Assembly (NCBI RefSeq): GCF_053078305.1
Contig: NZ_CP166879.1
Direction: 5' to 3' (one strand)
DNA: 64,000 nt
Position 1 is the stretch's first letter; the number at the start of each line of letters is the position of its first letter. Made by a program: the position numbers and the translations under genes. Under the pieces are notes generated by a model, which saw only the letters and a program-made list of their open reading frames with translations, did no database searches and was not told the DNA's origin. Below are positions 28,228-37,218 of this stretch, in pieces.

Positions 28228-28454
28228 GCGACCTTATTATCCATGCGCGGTATTGTCGCCGTATTCCTGCATTAACAGAGACCGCAGCCCGACAGGGAGA
28301 CTCCTCTGCGCGAGTGTGCGGGGATAATCAAAAACGATACACACCGGGGTTTACCGCGTTAACGGAGCGCGGCGTTGTCCCCTCATGGTCGCTGGTCCGG
28401 TGCGATGGTGGAAGAAACTGGATTTTGTTGCAACTGATAATCATTATCATTTTC

Positions 28455-28530
28455 TCGGGTCCTTTCCGGCATATGGACCCGTTACGGGGCGGCGACCTCG
28501 CGGATTTTCACTATTTATGAAAATTTTCCG
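28455..28530 (+). other. Lambdoid cos site (cosN GGGCGGCGACCT at 28487-28498 plus flanks)
   Basis: ACGGGGCGGCGACCTCGCGG..TTTATGAAAATTTTCC matches lambda cos; CCGGACATG repeats downstream. Confidence 0.65.
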
Positions 28531-28681
28531 GGATCCATGTCCGGTTTCTCTGCAAGTTAACCATATGAAAAATATAAAAACATGCTTTCCATGAACCGGA
28601 CATGCGCAAAAAATAGACACTAAAACCGGACATGACCGGTTTTGTTGTGATTGTGAGGTGAGAGTTTTTGCGAGGTGAGGA

Positions 28682-29191
28682 GTGGCTACGCAGACTGAAG
28701 TTGCCAGGCATTTAAGTCTGACCGATCGCCAGCTTCGCAGATTGCAGAAATTGCCGGGTGCCCCGATATCGAATAAGCGAGGGCAACTGGATCTGGATGC
28801 CTGGCGCGATTTTTACATATCGTATCTGAGAAGAAGTAAAAACGATGTGCCTGATGGCGATAGCGAAGACGACTATGAGGAGAAATTGCTTATTGCCAGA
28901 TGGGAACTGACAGCAGAACAGGCTGTTACACAGCAGTTAAAAAATGAGGTGTCAAAAGGAAAACTTATTGACACCGGGTTCTGTATTTTTGCCCTCAGCA
29001 AGCTGGCAATGGCGTTATCCAGTACGCTTGATTCCATCCCTTTATCCATGCAGCGACAGTTTCCTGATTTAACACCGCGCCATCTTGACCATCTGAAAAC
29101 CCTTATTGCGAAGGGGGCAAATCAGTGTGCGCGGGCGGGGGATAAATTACCGGATTTACTCGATGAATATATCAGAGCAACAACTGAATAA
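28682..29191 (+). CDS. Terminase small subunit (Nu1-like)
   Basis: ...FCIFALSKLAMALSSTLDSIPLSMQRQFPDL... resembles lambda Nu1. Confidence 0.8.
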   Translation: MATQTEVARHLSLTDRQLRRLQKLPGAPISNKRGQLDLDAWRDFYISYLRRSKNDVPDGDSEDDYEEKLLIARWELTAEQAVTQQLKNEVSKGKLIDTGFCIFALSKLAMALSSTLDSIPLSMQRQFPDLTPRHLDHLKTLIAKGANQCARAGDKLPDLLDEYIRATTE

Positions 29192-31091
29192 TATGATGAG
29201 CGCTGTCACAACAGCATTACAGCCCCTGATAAGGGCATTGCCGGTGACGCCAGTTGAATGGGCTGATCAAAATTATTATCTGCCTAAAGAATCTTCATAT
29301 GGTGAGGGAGAATGGAAAACGCTGCCGTTCCAGATCGCCATCATGAACAGCATGGGGAATGATCAGATCCGGACTGTTAATCTGATTAAATCTGCCCGTG
29401 TTGGCTATACAAAGATGTTGCTGGGAGTCGCCGGGTATTTTATTGAGCATAAATCCCGAAACAGTCTGCTTTTTCAGCCCACGGATTCTGCCGCTGAAGA
29501 TTTTATGAAGTCTCACGTGGAGGCGACGATTCGCGATGTTCCCTGCCTGAAAAAACTTTCTCCCTGGCTGGGACGTAAACATCGTGATAATACCATCACG
29601 CTGAAACGCTTTTCATCGGGTGTGGGTTTCTGGTGCCTGGGTGGTGCGGCAGCAAAAAACTACCGTGAAAAATCCGTGGATGTGGTCTGCTATGACGAGC
29701 TTTCCTCGTTCGAGCCGGATGTTGAAAAAGAGGGCTCGCCAACCCTGCTGGGGGATAAGCGTATTGAGGGCTCGGTATGGCCAAAATCCATTCGCGGCTC
29801 GACGCCAAAAATAAAAGGTTCCTGCCAGATCGAAAAAGCGGCCAACGAGTCGGCGCATTTTATGCGTTTTTATGTGCCCTGCCCACACTGCGGGGAGGAG
29901 CAGTATCTGAAATTTGGCGATGAGTCCACGCCTTTTGGCCTTAAATGGGAGAAGGACAGCCCCGAAAGCGTTTTCTACCTCTGTGAACATCATGGCTGCG
30001 TGATCCATCAGTCTGAGCTTGACCAGAGCAACGGGCGGTGGATCTGTGAAAACACGGGGATGTGGACCCGTGATGGTCTGACGTTTTTCAGCGCTGCGGG
30101 TAATGAAATTCCACCGCCGCGCTCCATCACGTTCCACATCTGGACGGCGTACAGTCCGTTCACCACCTGGGTACAGATAGTCTATGACTGGCTGGATGCA
30201 CTGAAAGATCCCAACGGCGTGAAAACCTTTGTGAACACCACGCTGGGCGAGACCTGGGAAGAGGCCGTGGGCGAAAAACTCGATCACCAGGTGCTGATGG
30301 ATAAGGTTGTGCGTTACACAGCGGCGGTGCCTGCCCGGGTGGTTTATCTGACGGCGGGTATTGACTCGCAGCGAAACCGTTTTGAGATGTATGTCTGGGG
30401 ATGGGCTCCGGGAGAGGAAGCCTTTCTGGTGGATAAAATCATCATTATGGGGCGTCCCGATGAGGAAGAGACGCTGTTACGTGTGGATGCGGCGATCAAC
30501 AAAAAATACCGCCATGCAGACGGAACCGAAATGACCATTTCCCGTGTCTGCTGGGACACAGGGGGGATCGATGGCGAAATTGTCTATCAGAGGTCAAAAA
30601 AACACGGTGTTTTCCGGGTGCTGCCGGTAAAAGGTGCATCTGTTTATGGCAAGCCGGTGATCACCATGCCAAAAACCCGCAATCAGCGGGGCGTGTATCT
30701 GTGCGAAGTGGGGACGGACACCGCAAAAGAAATTCTCTATGCCCGTATGAAAGCCGATCCCACGCCTGCGGATGAAGCCACGTCGTATGCCATCCGTTTT
30801 CCTGATGATCCGGAGATTTTTTCGCAGACAGAGGCGCAGCAACTGGTGGCGGAAGAGCTTGTGGAGAAGTGGGAAAAAGGAAAGATGCGTCTGCTGTGGG
30901 ATAACAAAAAGCGGCGTAACGAAGCGCTGGACTGCCTGGTGTATGCCTACGCGGCATTACGTGTGTCCGTGCAACGCTGGCAGCTTGATCTGGCTGTACT
31001 GGCAAAATCCCGGGAAGAAGAGACGACCCGGCCAACCCTTAAAGAACTGGCAGCGAAGCTGTCCGGAGGAGTGAATGGTTACAGTCGCTGA
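29163..31091 (+). CDS. Terminase large subunit (gpA-like)
   Basis: MNISEQQLN...VEWADQNYYLPKES... collinear with lambda gpA. Confidence 0.85.
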   Translation: MNISEQQLNNMMSAVTTALQPLIRALPVTPVEWADQNYYLPKESSYGEGEWKTLPFQIAIMNSMGNDQIRTVNLIKSARVGYTKMLLGVAGYFIEHKSRNSLLFQPTDSAAEDFMKSHVEATIRDVPCLKKLSPWLGRKHRDNTITLKRFSSGVGFWCLGGAAAKNYREKSVDVVCYDELSSFEPDVEKEGSPTLLGDKRIEGSVWPKSIRGSTPKIKGSCQIEKAANESAHFMRFYVPCPHCGEEQYLKFGDESTPFGLKWEKDSPESVFYLCEHHGCVIHQSELDQSNGRWICENTGMWTRDGLTFFSAAGNEIPPPRSITFHIWTAYSPFTTWVQIVYDWLDALKDPNGVKTFVNTTLGETWEEAVGEKLDHQVLMDKVVRYTAAVPARVVYLTAGIDSQRNRFEMYVWGWAPGEEAFLVDKIIIMGRPDEEETLLRVDAAINKKYRHADGTEMTISRVCWDTGGIDGEIVYQRSKKHGVFRVLPVKGASVYGKPVITMPKTRNQRGVYLCEVGTDTAKEILYARMKADPTPADEATSYAIRFPDDPEIFSQTEAQQLVAEELVEKWEKGKMRLLWDNKKRRNEALDCLVYAYAALRVSVQRWQLDLAVLAKSREEETTRPTLKELAAKLSGGVNGYSR

Positions 31092-31281
31092 ACTGCAGGC
31101 GCTGCGTCAGGCGCGCCTTGATTTATTAACCGGTAAACGGGTGGTGTCTGTCCAGAAAGATGGTCGCAGAATTGAATATACGGCGGCCTCTCTGGATGAG
31201 CTTAACCGTGCGATCAATGATGCTGAGTTGGTACTGGGGACAACCCGCCGTCGCCGTCGTCCGCTGGGAGTGAGGTTATGA
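31075..31281 (+). CDS. Head-tail joining protein (gpW-like)
   Basis: 68 aa; ...LTGKRVVSVQKDGRRIEYTAASL... Confidence 0.8.
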   Translation: MVTVAELQALRQARLDLLTGKRVVSVQKDGRRIEYTAASLDELNRAINDAELVLGTTRRRRRPLGVRL

Positions 31282-32150
31282 AACGAACGCCTGTCCTGAT
31301 TGATGTGAACGGCGTTCCGCTTCGGGAGAGCCTAAGCTACAACGGGGGCGGCGCAGGATTTGGCGGGCAAATGGCAGAGTGGTTGCCACCCTCGCAGAGT
31401 GCCGATGCGGCCCTGCTGCCCGCGTTGCGTCTGGGGAATGCCCGTGCAGATGATCTGGTGCGCAATAACGGAATAGCGGCCAATGCGGTGGCCCTGCATA
31501 AGGATCACATTGTCGGGCATATGTTTCTGATTAGCTACCGTCCGAACTGGCGCTGGCTGGGGATGCGGGAGACCGCGGCAAAAAGTTTTGTCGATGAGGT
31601 GGAGGCGGCCTGGTCAGAATACGCAGAAGGGATGTTTGGTGAGATCGACGTGGAAGGGAAACGCACGTTTACGGAATTTATCCGTGAAGGTGTGGGCGTT
31701 CATGCGTTTAACGGCGAAATCTTTGTGCAGCCGGTCTGGGATACGGAGAGCACGCAACTGTTTCGTACGCGTTTTAAAGCCGTGAGTCCGAAACGGGTGG
31801 ACACGCCAGGACACGGTATGGGGAACCGTTTTCTGCGGGCCGGTGTGGAGGTCGATCGATATGGTCGTGCCGTTGCGTACCATATCTGTGAGGATGATTT
31901 TCCTCACTCCGGGAGTGGACGATGGGAACGGATCCCGCGTGAACTTCTCACCGGGCGTCCGGCCATGCTGCATATTTTCGAGCCGGTGGAGGACGGGCAG
32001 ACCCGTGGGGCCAATCAGTTTTACAGCGTCATGGAACGGCTGAAGATGCTCGATTCCCTGCAGGCAACACAGCTTCAGTCGGCCATTGTTAAAGCCATTT
32101 ATGTCTATCATCTCCCCGTAGTTGTCCGCATCGTTCGCCAACTCCACTGA
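31278..32150 (+). pseudogene. Portal protein (gpB-like), N-terminal ~275 codons, interrupted near 32102
   Basis: Portal homology stops at ...QSAIVKAIY; the last 16 codons are read-through into inserted DNA. Confidence 0.75.
32091..32103 (+). repeat. Left att core AAAGCCATTTATG
   Basis: Direct repeat of 43930-43942 (one mismatch). Confidence 0.5.
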
Positions 32151-32225
32151 AACCCTTGCTGCGGCTGGAATGTCGTTTTCCATACTTTTGATGACCGTTC
32201 ATCACACTTCCAGGTTTTCGCGGTT

Positions 32226-32285
32226 TTGTGTATTGCAATGTGTATTGCAAATTGGCGATCGGGATGGGTGTGTATTGCAAATCTC
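32226..32285 (+). repeat. Three TGTGTATTGCAA repeats (putative integrase arm sites)
   Basis: Same motif occurs twice at 43838-43862 near the other junction. Confidence 0.4.
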
Positions 32286-32298
32286 TTGAGGGCTGTTA

Positions 32299-33540
32299 AT
32301 GGCTATTGAAAACAAACTCAGTGACAAACTGTTAAAGAGTCTTGTCGGAAAACGGCAGGACAAACAAAAAACAATAGCGGATGGGCGCGGGTTGTCTGTG
32401 CGTGTAAGCATGGTTGGGGGGATCAGCTTTGTTTTTTACTATCGTCTTGGTGGCAGGGAATCCCCTCCGGTATGGCTTACACTTGGGCGCTATCCTGATA
32501 TGTCTCTTGCAACAGCCAGGCGCATGCGTGATCAGTGCCGTGAGTGGCTGGCTGAAAATCTGGACCCCCGCAGGCAAATAAAACTTGCCGCCGAAAAAAC
32601 CATGCAACCAGTGACCGTAAGGGATGCGCTGTTTTACTGGTACGACAATCACGCCACAACAGCCAGAAAAGAGCATGAATATTTAATAAAACGATTTGAA
32701 AAGCATATCTTCCCCTATATCGGTGATATGGCTATAGAACAGTGCAAATTACACACATGGCTTGCCGTCTTTGACAGGATCAAAAAAAATGCGCCTGTTA
32801 TGTCTGGTGCAATTTTTCTTGATATCAAACAGGCGTTGCGTTTTTGTCGCGTCAGGCAATACATCGCGTGCGATCCCTTTGGCGATATTAACGTAAGTTA
32901 TGTCGGGCGCTCATCCGGTATAAGGGATCGCGTTCTTAATATCAATGAAACAGCGGATGTATGGTCTTATGCTTACGGTAATAATTTGCTGACACTGTCA
33001 TCAATACATAACAGAAGAATAATGGTTATCTGCCTGGTGTTTGGTTGCCGTCAGCAGGAGGCGAGGTTATCCACATGGGACGAATGGGATTTAAAAAACT
33101 GGGTATGGACAGTCCCAAAAGAGCACAGCAAAAACAAGGAGGCCATAGTAAGGCCTGTTCCTGACGGCATAAAACAATGGCTCGTTAATCTTTACGCAGA
33201 AACAAAAAATCGCGGTTATGTTGTCGGTTGTGCTTTGCAAAGGGCGACAATAACAGGGGCTGCAAACAGAATATGCAGGCGTCTTGGTCATGATATTAAT
33301 GGCTTGTGGTGCATACATGATTTCAGGCGCACATTTTCCACTGCGCTTAATGATATGGGGGCGGATCCTTATATTGTCGAACTTCTTTTAGGTCATAAAG
33401 TGAAAGGGGTTGCCGGTGTTTACAATAAAAGCAGGCATATAAAGAAAAAACTTGAGGTGCTTAATATGTGGGTTAATTACCTTAATACGATAGCAGGATT
33501 TAACAACAACGTTATCGAGCTTAATAAAGAGGTGGTGTGA
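32299..33540 (+). CDS. int: P4-type tyrosine integrase
   Basis: 413 aa; N-terminal LSDKLLKSL...GRGLSVRV arm-binding domain; C-terminal ...LLGHK...VYNKS. Confidence 0.85.
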   Translation: MAIENKLSDKLLKSLVGKRQDKQKTIADGRGLSVRVSMVGGISFVFYYRLGGRESPPVWLTLGRYPDMSLATARRMRDQCREWLAENLDPRRQIKLAAEKTMQPVTVRDALFYWYDNHATTARKEHEYLIKRFEKHIFPYIGDMAIEQCKLHTWLAVFDRIKKNAPVMSGAIFLDIKQALRFCRVRQYIACDPFGDINVSYVGRSSGIRDRVLNINETADVWSYAYGNNLLTLSSIHNRRIMVICLVFGCRQQEARLSTWDEWDLKNWVWTVPKEHSKNKEAIVRPVPDGIKQWLVNLYAETKNRGYVVGCALQRATITGAANRICRRLGHDINGLWCIHDFRRTFSTALNDMGADPYIVELLLGHKVKGVAGVYNKSRHIKKKLEVLNMWVNYLNTIAGFNNNVIELNKEVV

Positions 33541-33541
33541 T

Positions 33542-33799
33542 ATGGCAATTTATTCTCTTGTTGATGAAAACGATTTGCGCACAATGAAGGACATTGATCG
33601 GTTCATTCGTGAAAAAGAGTGCATAGCACTTACCACGCTGGCAAACTCAACACGCTGGAAAATGGAGCAGGCAGGTAAATTCCCGCGACGTATCAAGATC
33701 GGTGAACGTGCGGCAGGGTATCGACTTTCAGAGGTTCAGGCATGGATCCGTGGTGAGTGGCATCCTGGATGGAAACCTGGAAAAACAAAACAGCAATAA
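33542..33799 (+). CDS. alpA: AlpA-family regulator / excisionase
   Basis: 85 aa; directly after int. Confidence 0.7.
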   Translation: MAIYSLVDENDLRTMKDIDRFIREKECIALTTLANSTRWKMEQAGKFPRRIKIGERAAGYRLSEVQAWIRGEWHPGWKPGKTKQQ

Positions 33800-33853
33800 C
33801 CAGTAAATAACGCCCCTCATCAAGAGGGGTTTTTGTCTATAGGGTAAAACGCG

Positions 33854-34432
33854 ATGAATAAAAATATTGCCGTGACGGGCAAGGGGTACGCTCGTCCAGT
33901 GAAAAAATTCTGTGATATTCGTGATCTTGTCGTTCTGCGCTTTGATGGTGTGAGCGTTCGCGTGGTGTATGTGAACGGCGATCCGTGGTTTGTTGCCGTT
34001 GACGTGTGCGCTGCGCTGGAAATTGTTGATCACAAGGTTGCGTTACGCCGTCTCGATGATGATGAAAAGGGGGAGTGTTTAATACCCACCCCAGGTGGAA
34101 ATCAAACAATGCGAACGGTATGCGAGTCAGGGTTCTACAAACTAATCGCCAGAAGTCGGAAAGCTGTTACTCCTGGCACGTTCGCCCGTCGTTTCAGTAA
34201 CTGGGTATTCAGAAATGTGATACCAGGTATCAGAAAAACGGGGGCTTATGGTATCCCGTGGGGGGCATTACAGGATTTTTCCCGCCGTAAAGAGCAATAT
34301 CAAATAAGTGCCAGCGAGAAGGGGAGGGAGCTACAGGCATGTAAGCGCAAAAAACGTGAACTGGAGGAAGAAGAAAAAAGGCTGATACGTGAATATCAGC
34401 CTGAGTTTTACTTTGGTGAGCGTATTCAGTAA
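33854..34432 (+). CDS. Bro-N-domain protein (antirepressor-like)
   Basis: ...VVYVNGDPWFVAVDVCAALEI... Bro-N signature. Confidence 0.65.
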   Translation: MNKNIAVTGKGYARPVKKFCDIRDLVVLRFDGVSVRVVYVNGDPWFVAVDVCAALEIVDHKVALRRLDDDEKGECLIPTPGGNQTMRTVCESGFYKLIARSRKAVTPGTFARRFSNWVFRNVIPGIRKTGAYGIPWGALQDFSRRKEQYQISASEKGRELQACKRKKRELEEEEKRLIREYQPEFYFGERIQ

Positions 34433-34895
34433 CCACACGCGGTGCTGATTATACGGTACATCGTGTTAACCGAGAAGCTACCCACCAGCAAGGCAAAATC
34501 TTCTGCTAAAAAATGACATATGGCCAGTCGTCCGGAAAGCATGAAATTTTACAAAAATGGAAAATGAAGATTTTTATTGTGCTGGTGGGTAAAAACAAAA
34601 AGCGCCCCGTTGCCGGAGCGCCCTTGTGAACAATTAACCTGCTGCGAAAAAATTGGATCAGTGCAGGGAAATTATATCAACTGTGTGAAGAAGCGCCACA
34701 ATTGCCAGTTTAGCTTTGCGGCGAACGCGTCAATAAAGAATATTCTTTCTTTAAATTCTGTTTGTGTATTTTTTCGTAGTTTTTCGTAGTTTTTCGTAAG
34801 GAGAAAGAGCGGCGCGTATGCACCGCTAAGGAGTTTATTTTCATGACTTATGCAGCTTTCAATCTTAGCACCGCCGTAGCTGGTGGACAAGGCTA

Positions 34896-35123
34896 TCAGC
34901 CAGGCGGTCGGTTTTTAGTGGCTTTTAACCGCCGTGGGTATTTCTCGACAAAATCTTCAAGGGCAAATTTTTCTGGTGGCACTAAGCGCGGCGCTGGTGG
35001 TGGTATTTTTGTTCTGGTTAGTTCTTCCTCAAGTCTGGCGCAGGCTTCTAACTGCCTTTGCCGGATGATTTCATCATCTTGCGTTTGCGTGTCTTGTATT
35101 GGTGATAGTGTGTTGTTGGTCAT
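34896..35123 (-). CDS. Hypothetical protein
   Basis: 75 aa ORF downstream of putative repressor; weak. Confidence 0.3.
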   Translation of the reverse strand: MTNNTLSPIQDTQTQDDEIIRQRQLEACARLEEELTRTKIPPPAPRLVPPEKFALEDFVEKYPRRLKATKNRPPG

Positions 35124-35180
35124 GATACTGCCCTGTAAAGCAATGCGCCGGAGTACCTCACGCCACGGCGCTGATAGTGA

Positions 35181-35501
35181 TTATTCTGATTCTTGGGTCT
35201 TGCGACGCTGGAGTTCTTCGCGTGCAACGGTGACAAGTTGCCCGATTTCTTCCGCTGCTTTGATGCCGATTTGTTCGACCTTAGCCAGAGCATCCAGTGA
35301 AGACACAAGGGGATTTTCTCCGCTGCCTTCTGCCTGGCGGCGGGCGATTTCACCGCGCATGGCGGTTACTATGAATCCGGCGTTGCTTTCACCGTCCAGT
35401 TTTACGGATTCCATGCCTTCAATAACATCATGCGGGATCCGAGCTGTCAGTGATTGTGATTTTGCGTTTTTTGAACCTGTAGCCATCTGTAATCCTCTCA
35501 A
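35181..35501 (-). CDS. Putative satellite regulator/repressor
   Basis: 106 aa, divergent from operator-like region. Confidence 0.4.
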   Translation of the reverse strand: MRGLQMATGSKNAKSQSLTARIPHDVIEGMESVKLDGESNAGFIVTAMRGEIARRQAEGSGENPLVSSLDALAKVEQIGIKAAEEIGQLVTVAREELQRRKTQESE

Positions 35502-35683
35502 TGAAAGTGTAAGACAATATACACATAAAAAGTCTTACATAAAAGCATTGACATGTAAGCCACCTATAAATAAAGTTACTTACACCTTGTTAATGCAAGG
35601 TGCAGAAACGACGAAACCCGGCAGTGCGCTAACACTAACCGGGCTTCTAACCACCAACGATAGAAAGCGTATCGAGGTAGCTA
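35502..35683. promoter_or_regulatory. Divergent control region with palindromic TGTAAGAC/GTCTTACA operators
   Basis: tgtaagacaatatacacataaaaagtcttaca and ttgacatgtaagcc...agttacttacac. Confidence 0.4.
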
Positions 35684-36045
35684 TGAGAAATCATACCACA
35701 CACCCGCAAGGGCGGGACTCGCACAACCTGAATAAATACATCTGGCGTTTTCTGGCCCGAAAAAACCAGTTGATCGCCAGTGTCGAAAATAGCTATGATT
35801 CCCGCGCACCTCATAAAACGGGTGCCGGGATTGGCGTCCTGGGCAAAACTGAAGCGCATAACACGCGCCCCGCGTGTTTTTTTGTGCCGCATAGTCACAC
35901 CTTATCAATGGTGGGCTGTACGGGGGCGGAGCAATCCGCGCCGGTTTCTTCAGTGTCCGGTTACGCCAACCCTGTACAGTCCGCCACCAGCGAAATTGGC
36001 GTTTCCGGTGGCGGTTATCTTAACCACACTGAGGAGGCTGCCAAC
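35684..36045 (+). promoter_or_regulatory. Structured leader with terminator hairpin; homologue of rha leader at 6632-6930
   Basis: Conserved blocks plus hairpin ACACGCGccccGCGTGT followed by U7. Confidence 0.45.
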
Positions 36046-36237
36046 ATGGCTACTATCCCTACCCTTGTACATTCTCAAACCGCCTTTCTCTGGCGCTTTA
36101 TCATCTTTGGCGCGTCAGACCATCAAATCATCCACGTCACCGCCTGGACGGAACGCGAAGCGCGTAGCCGTTGCCCGTCCGGTTGTGTTGCTGTATTCGC
36201 CGCCCGTATTCGTCAGGAGGTGTGCCATGTGCAATAA
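36046..36237 (+). CDS. Small ORF sharing its first seven codons (MATIPTL) with rha
   Basis: GAGGAGG RBS; 63 aa; N-terminal nucleotides identical to rha start. Confidence 0.3.
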   Translation: MATIPTLVHSQTAFLWRFIIFGASDHQIIHVTAWTEREARSRCPSGCVAVFAARIRQEVCHVQ

Positions 36238-36484
36238 AACCACACCGGACGCAGCCGCCGCGCTCACTACACTGATGCACGCGCTGATTGATATTTCTGT
36301 TATTGCTGACAGGGCGCATAAGCACGCCACCAGTGAAACAGAATATGCCGGGGCTTTCGTTCCTCATTCGCTGGCGGTTATGCAACTTAGTGCTGATATG
36401 GCGCTGAATGAGGCCAAAGCTATCCTGATTTCTGATTGTGAAAATGGGGGGGGGTTATGCGTGATGATCGTTTTAATGCCCTGA
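36227..36484 (+). CDS. Hypothetical protein
   Basis: 85 aa, CAGGAGG RBS. Confidence 0.35.
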   Translation: MCNKTTPDAAAALTTLMHALIDISVIADRAHKHATSETEYAGAFVPHSLAVMQLSADMALNEAKAILISDCENGGGLCVMIVLMP

Positions 36485-36678
36485 AACAGGAGTTTGATGG
36501 TGCGCCTGATGATGCAGGTGATGCGCTTTCGTCAATATCCGAACTGATAAGAGTGGCCTTTTTCTTACTTGGCACGAAAGAATATAAATCAACTGGAATA
36601 GACGTACTGAATATTACTGCTGATTATGCGGAATATATGGCAGAAGTGGATTTAAGAAAGATAACGGACAGGGGGTAA
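36457..36678 (+). CDS. Hypothetical protein
   Basis: 73 aa, coupled. Confidence 0.35.
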   Translation: MRDDRFNALKQEFDGAPDDAGDALSSISELIRVAFFLLGTKEYKSTGIDVLNITADYAEYMAEVDLRKITDRG

Positions 36679-36679
36679 T

Positions 36680-36913
36680 ATGCGTGATATTTACCACGAA
36701 ACAATAGACCGCGCATTTAGTGCCCTTGCTTACGCTGAAGGTATGTACGAAATATTGCAAATGTGTCTGGAAACATTTGGCGATAATGAGCGTGATGTAA
36801 AGAAGGCGCGGATTATTAAATCACTGATAACTCTCCTTGAACCTGTAATAACAGAGTTGCAGGAAATAGACTTATTGCACGACAGATATAACGAACAGCA
36901 CACCGGAGAATAA
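36680..36913 (+). CDS. Hypothetical protein
   Basis: 77 aa, coupled. Confidence 0.4.
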   Translation: MRDIYHETIDRAFSALAYAEGMYEILQMCLETFGDNERDVKKARIIKSLITLLEPVITELQEIDLLHDRYNEQHTGE

Positions 36914-36918
36914 AAATA

Positions 36919-37218
36919 ATGAAACTTAAATATCCTGGCTTAACTGCCAGTGGCAACACTCACCCTAAATTTACGCGCGGTGATATTTACCGCGACCAGT
37001 ACGGCGGCACGGTAATGATTAAGGGCGTGGCGGGACGGTGCGTAACTTACCGCCGTGAAGGCTACGAATATGATTGCGTGATGCCTGTTTATCAGTTCCG
37101 GCGTGATTTTTCTCTGGTACAGACCGCGCCGCATAACGTGCCCACCAGCAACGCCAGGGCACGGGCAAACATCCAGAAGCTGAAAACCATGATTAACGGA
37201 TTCAGGGGTAAAAAATGA
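36919..37218 (+). CDS. Hypothetical protein
   Basis: 99 aa, stop overlaps helicase start. Confidence 0.4.
   Translation: MKLKYPGLTASGNTHPKFTRGDIYRDQYGGTVMIKGVAGRCVTYRREGYEYDCVMPVYQFRRDFSLVQTAPHNVPTSNARARANIQKLKTMINGFRGKK

Noticed and set aside
28188-28594. ORFs 28188-28520 and 28385-28594
   Set aside because: They cover the cos site and cosB-like repeats upstream of Nu1; no RBS or protein-like composition.
34740-34805. Possible CRISPR array suggested by short tandem repeats
   Set aside because: Only three 10-bp units with no spacers; the same applies to the AAGTGGG array at 38625-38826, read as iterons. No CRISPR-like repeat-spacer structure anywhere in the window.
34843-36237. 464-aa plus-strand ORF spanning the satellite control region
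   Set aside because: It runs antisense across two minus-strand genes and the operator, is low-complexity, and its 3' part coincides with the conserved leader containing a terminator hairpin. Only the last 63 codons (from ATG 36046) are kept, as a weak small ORF.
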